Shown here in pieces: positions 61,611 to 64,000 of a DNA stretch of 64,000 nucleotides; the stretch's first letter is position 1, and the number at the start of each line of letters is the position of its first letter. The position numbers were made by a program, and so were the translations under genes. Below the pieces are notes generated by a model. The model was not told the DNA's origin, did no database searches, and saw only the letters and a list, made by a program, of their open reading frames with translations. Origin of the DNA: Chiloscyllium plagiosum (taxonomy: Eukaryota); NCBI RefSeq assembly GCF_004010195.1, contig NC_057750.1, positions 5,793,983 through 5,857,982 of the forward strand. Reading direction: 5' to 3'.

Positions 61611-62564
61611 ATAAACATATGAAAAGCATATGGTTGGAAGTAAGGTTTACACAGTTCTACCAGAAGTCATTTTTTGTTCCTGTGAATATTGGGAGTGTGA
61701 ACACTCAGACTCCCCAAGGGACAACCCACCACAACAAGCACAGTCTCAGCATACAGTAGCAACACGTCAAGCTAGAAACAAAATAGTGCAGATGTTAGAA
61801 ATCTTGGATGATCAGGTGGTGCTGGAAATGCTCTGCAGGTCAAACAGCTTCTGTGGAAAACAGAGTTAATATTTCAGGTTGTGAAGTTGCATCAGAACAT
61901 GAACACGACAAACTAATGTGGTGGTATTAAATGTTTTCGTGAATGCAGCACGATGTCTTTAAAAGTCAAATTTTGATCACAGTCTGAATGTATGTAAAAG
62001 GACATGAATCATTAAATGTCCCAACTCCTCAGTCCAGCATATTCAAGGCACTTTAAACACAAAGTGTTACTCAGAGTTGCACTAACTGTCATGATATTGC
62101 ACGTGCACAGATTTTTGATTGACAAGGGAGTTGAGGGTTAAAAGAAGTGGACAGGCAAGTAAAGTTTTGACTACAAACAGATCAGCCATGATCTTACAGA
62201 AAGCAGAGCTGGCTTGAATGGCCAAATACCCGGTGATTATTTCGTAGGATCTTATGATGGTTTACAGTTCAACAAGCAATTTTGCACACTAGATTCTTCA
62301 AATTAAAAATAATGCGATTTGGGTGTTAAAGGCAGAATGCAGGGAAAACTCAAGAGCACCTTTGAATGATACCATTGATATTTATCATCATCTTGCACCC
62401 CTGGAACAGATCAACAAGCCCTCAGTCACAAGTCTCATTTGGACAATGTTTGCAACAAGGCATGCATTTCTTTCATACTTGCTCACAGTCTGGAATGTAC
62501 TCTGAATTCAGATCAAAAAGATTTCTAATAGGCGACTGATTTGCAATGTAATGAAAACAATAGA

Positions 62565-62905
62565 ATCATAGAACCCCCTGTAGCACAGAAGGAGGCTGTT
62601 CAGTCCATAGAGTCTGGAGAGCCCTGGAAGAGCATCCAACCCAGATCCAGCACTGCTACCATATCCCTTAACCTTATATCTATCATGGCTATTCTACCTA
62701 GCCTACATATCTCTGAACAGTACAATTTCTGCATAGCCAATCCATTTAGCTTGCACATCTTTGGACTGTGAAAGGAAACTGGAGCACTTAGAGGAAACCC
62801 ACACAGATATAGGGTTTCCTGAGGTCCAATATCAAACAGTTACCTGAGGTGGAATCAAACCCAGGTCTCAGGCAACAGTGTTAACCACTGAGCCACTGTG
62901 CTGCT
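62565..62905 (-). mobile_element. Degenerate HE1-like V-SINE
   Basis: Reversed head (aaccactgagccactgtgctgc), V-domain remnant and tail. Confidence 0.65.
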
Positions 62906-63419
62906 CTATAGCAGACACTAAACGTTTTCTTGGCTTTTTCAGATGCTGGTTCCAGAGAAAGTCACACAATGCACAGGAATATGTTCCAAGGATGTAGTTA
63001 AACCTTCAGAGTCAGGCAGCTTGGGAACATAAGAGGAGGCGGCCACTCAGCCCCAAACATAGCCCTTTATAGAATTCTGTGTCCTATAAAGGTATTGTGG
63101 TGCAATTTTTAACATTGTATTATAGATTTGAATGACCAGGCCTTTGTAACTGAAGCATGACTTCAATCCCTATATACAGTGCCCTGTTCCTCTAGATATA
63201 ATCCAGGATGACAGTTCCTAACTGCAGTCAGCCTACTCCTGTTGAAACAGCACCTTCCTGCTCACTGATTGAGGATACGATCTGGTTCGATGACCATATC
63301 ACCAAATTGTTTGGTTATGTCCAATATCAAGGATGTGGCTAAGGTATATGTGGGGTTGATAGGTGAGTGAATGAGTGAGTGGGGTGGTTGGGCATGTGTG
63401 TCTCGTGAGGATGTGGTGG

Positions 63420-63930
63420 TTCAAAGTGGATGGGAGAAAATAAAAACACTATCTCTGAAGAACACATTCTAAGAAAAATAATGGAACTAAAGGCCAATAC
63501 ATCCTCAACTGGGATTGCATCCTGGGATATTAAATGAAATAGTTATAGAGAAAGCAGGTAACAAGCTTGTAAGGATTCACGAGTTCTGGTAAAGTCTCAG
63601 AGGATTGGAAAACTACTATGCAACAAGCCTTATTCAAAAATAAAGGGAAACAAAAATTCTAGAGGACAGATAGGTTAAACATCTGTCATTGGGAAAATGC
63701 TAGAGTCTACTATAAAGGATGCAACAGCAGAACATTTTCGAAATATATATGATCAAGCAGAGACAACATTGCTTCATGAAAGGAAATCATGCCTGGTAAA
63801 TTTATTACAATTATTTATGAAATTTTGTTAGAATTATTTGATGTGGTAACAAGCAGGATAAAGAGTAATCAATAGATGTAATATATTTGGGTTTCCAAAA
63901 GACATTCGATAAGTGACGGCACATAATAAG
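63420..63930 (+). mobile_element. Old CR1-type LINE RT fragment
   Basis: Degenerate FMKGKSCLVNLL and DVIYLGFQKTFDK motifs. Confidence 0.7.
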
Positions 63931-64000
63931 AGCACATGACTGGATAGGCTCACTTTTAGAATAGTGTTGGGATAAAGTGGGCACTTTTAGGATAGTAAAG

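Noticed and set aside
59313..64000. Searched for PPP1R37 exon 1 (KRVTF...DPWRH) and its promoter
   Set aside because: No matching sequence or CpG island found; it presumably lies beyond the window.

Overview
Vertebrate genomic DNA, almost certainly a shark: the repeats include HE1/V-SINEs, DeuSINE-like elements, CR1, Tx1 and Penelope-like elements (the taxon is inferred, not shown directly). Two intron-rich protein-coding genes lie in tandem on the minus strand. PPP1R37 (LRRC68) is represented by coding exons 2-12 (59312 to stop at 31828), with exon 1 beyond the right edge. CLASRP (SFRS16) has a CpG-island promoter and non-coding first exon at ~15.7-15.9 kb, ATG at 10283 and six coding exons down to 1162, continuing off the left edge. 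All coding exon borders are GT-AG with consistent phases. The rest is mostly retroelement debris, four assembly gaps and a 2.1 kb 34-bp G-rich minisatellite. I see no clearly new multi-gene system. Best leads: (i) a Penelope-like family with hammerhead-ribozyme cores, spread as short fold-back insertions with target-site duplications; (ii) a frame-preserving 32-bp inverted-repeat hairpin inside a PPP1R37 coding exon; (iii) the G-quadruplex-motif minisatellite beside a splice acceptor; (iv) an identical 55-bp acceptor-like segment in two CLASRP introns; (v) uORF and UTR-intron features of both genes.
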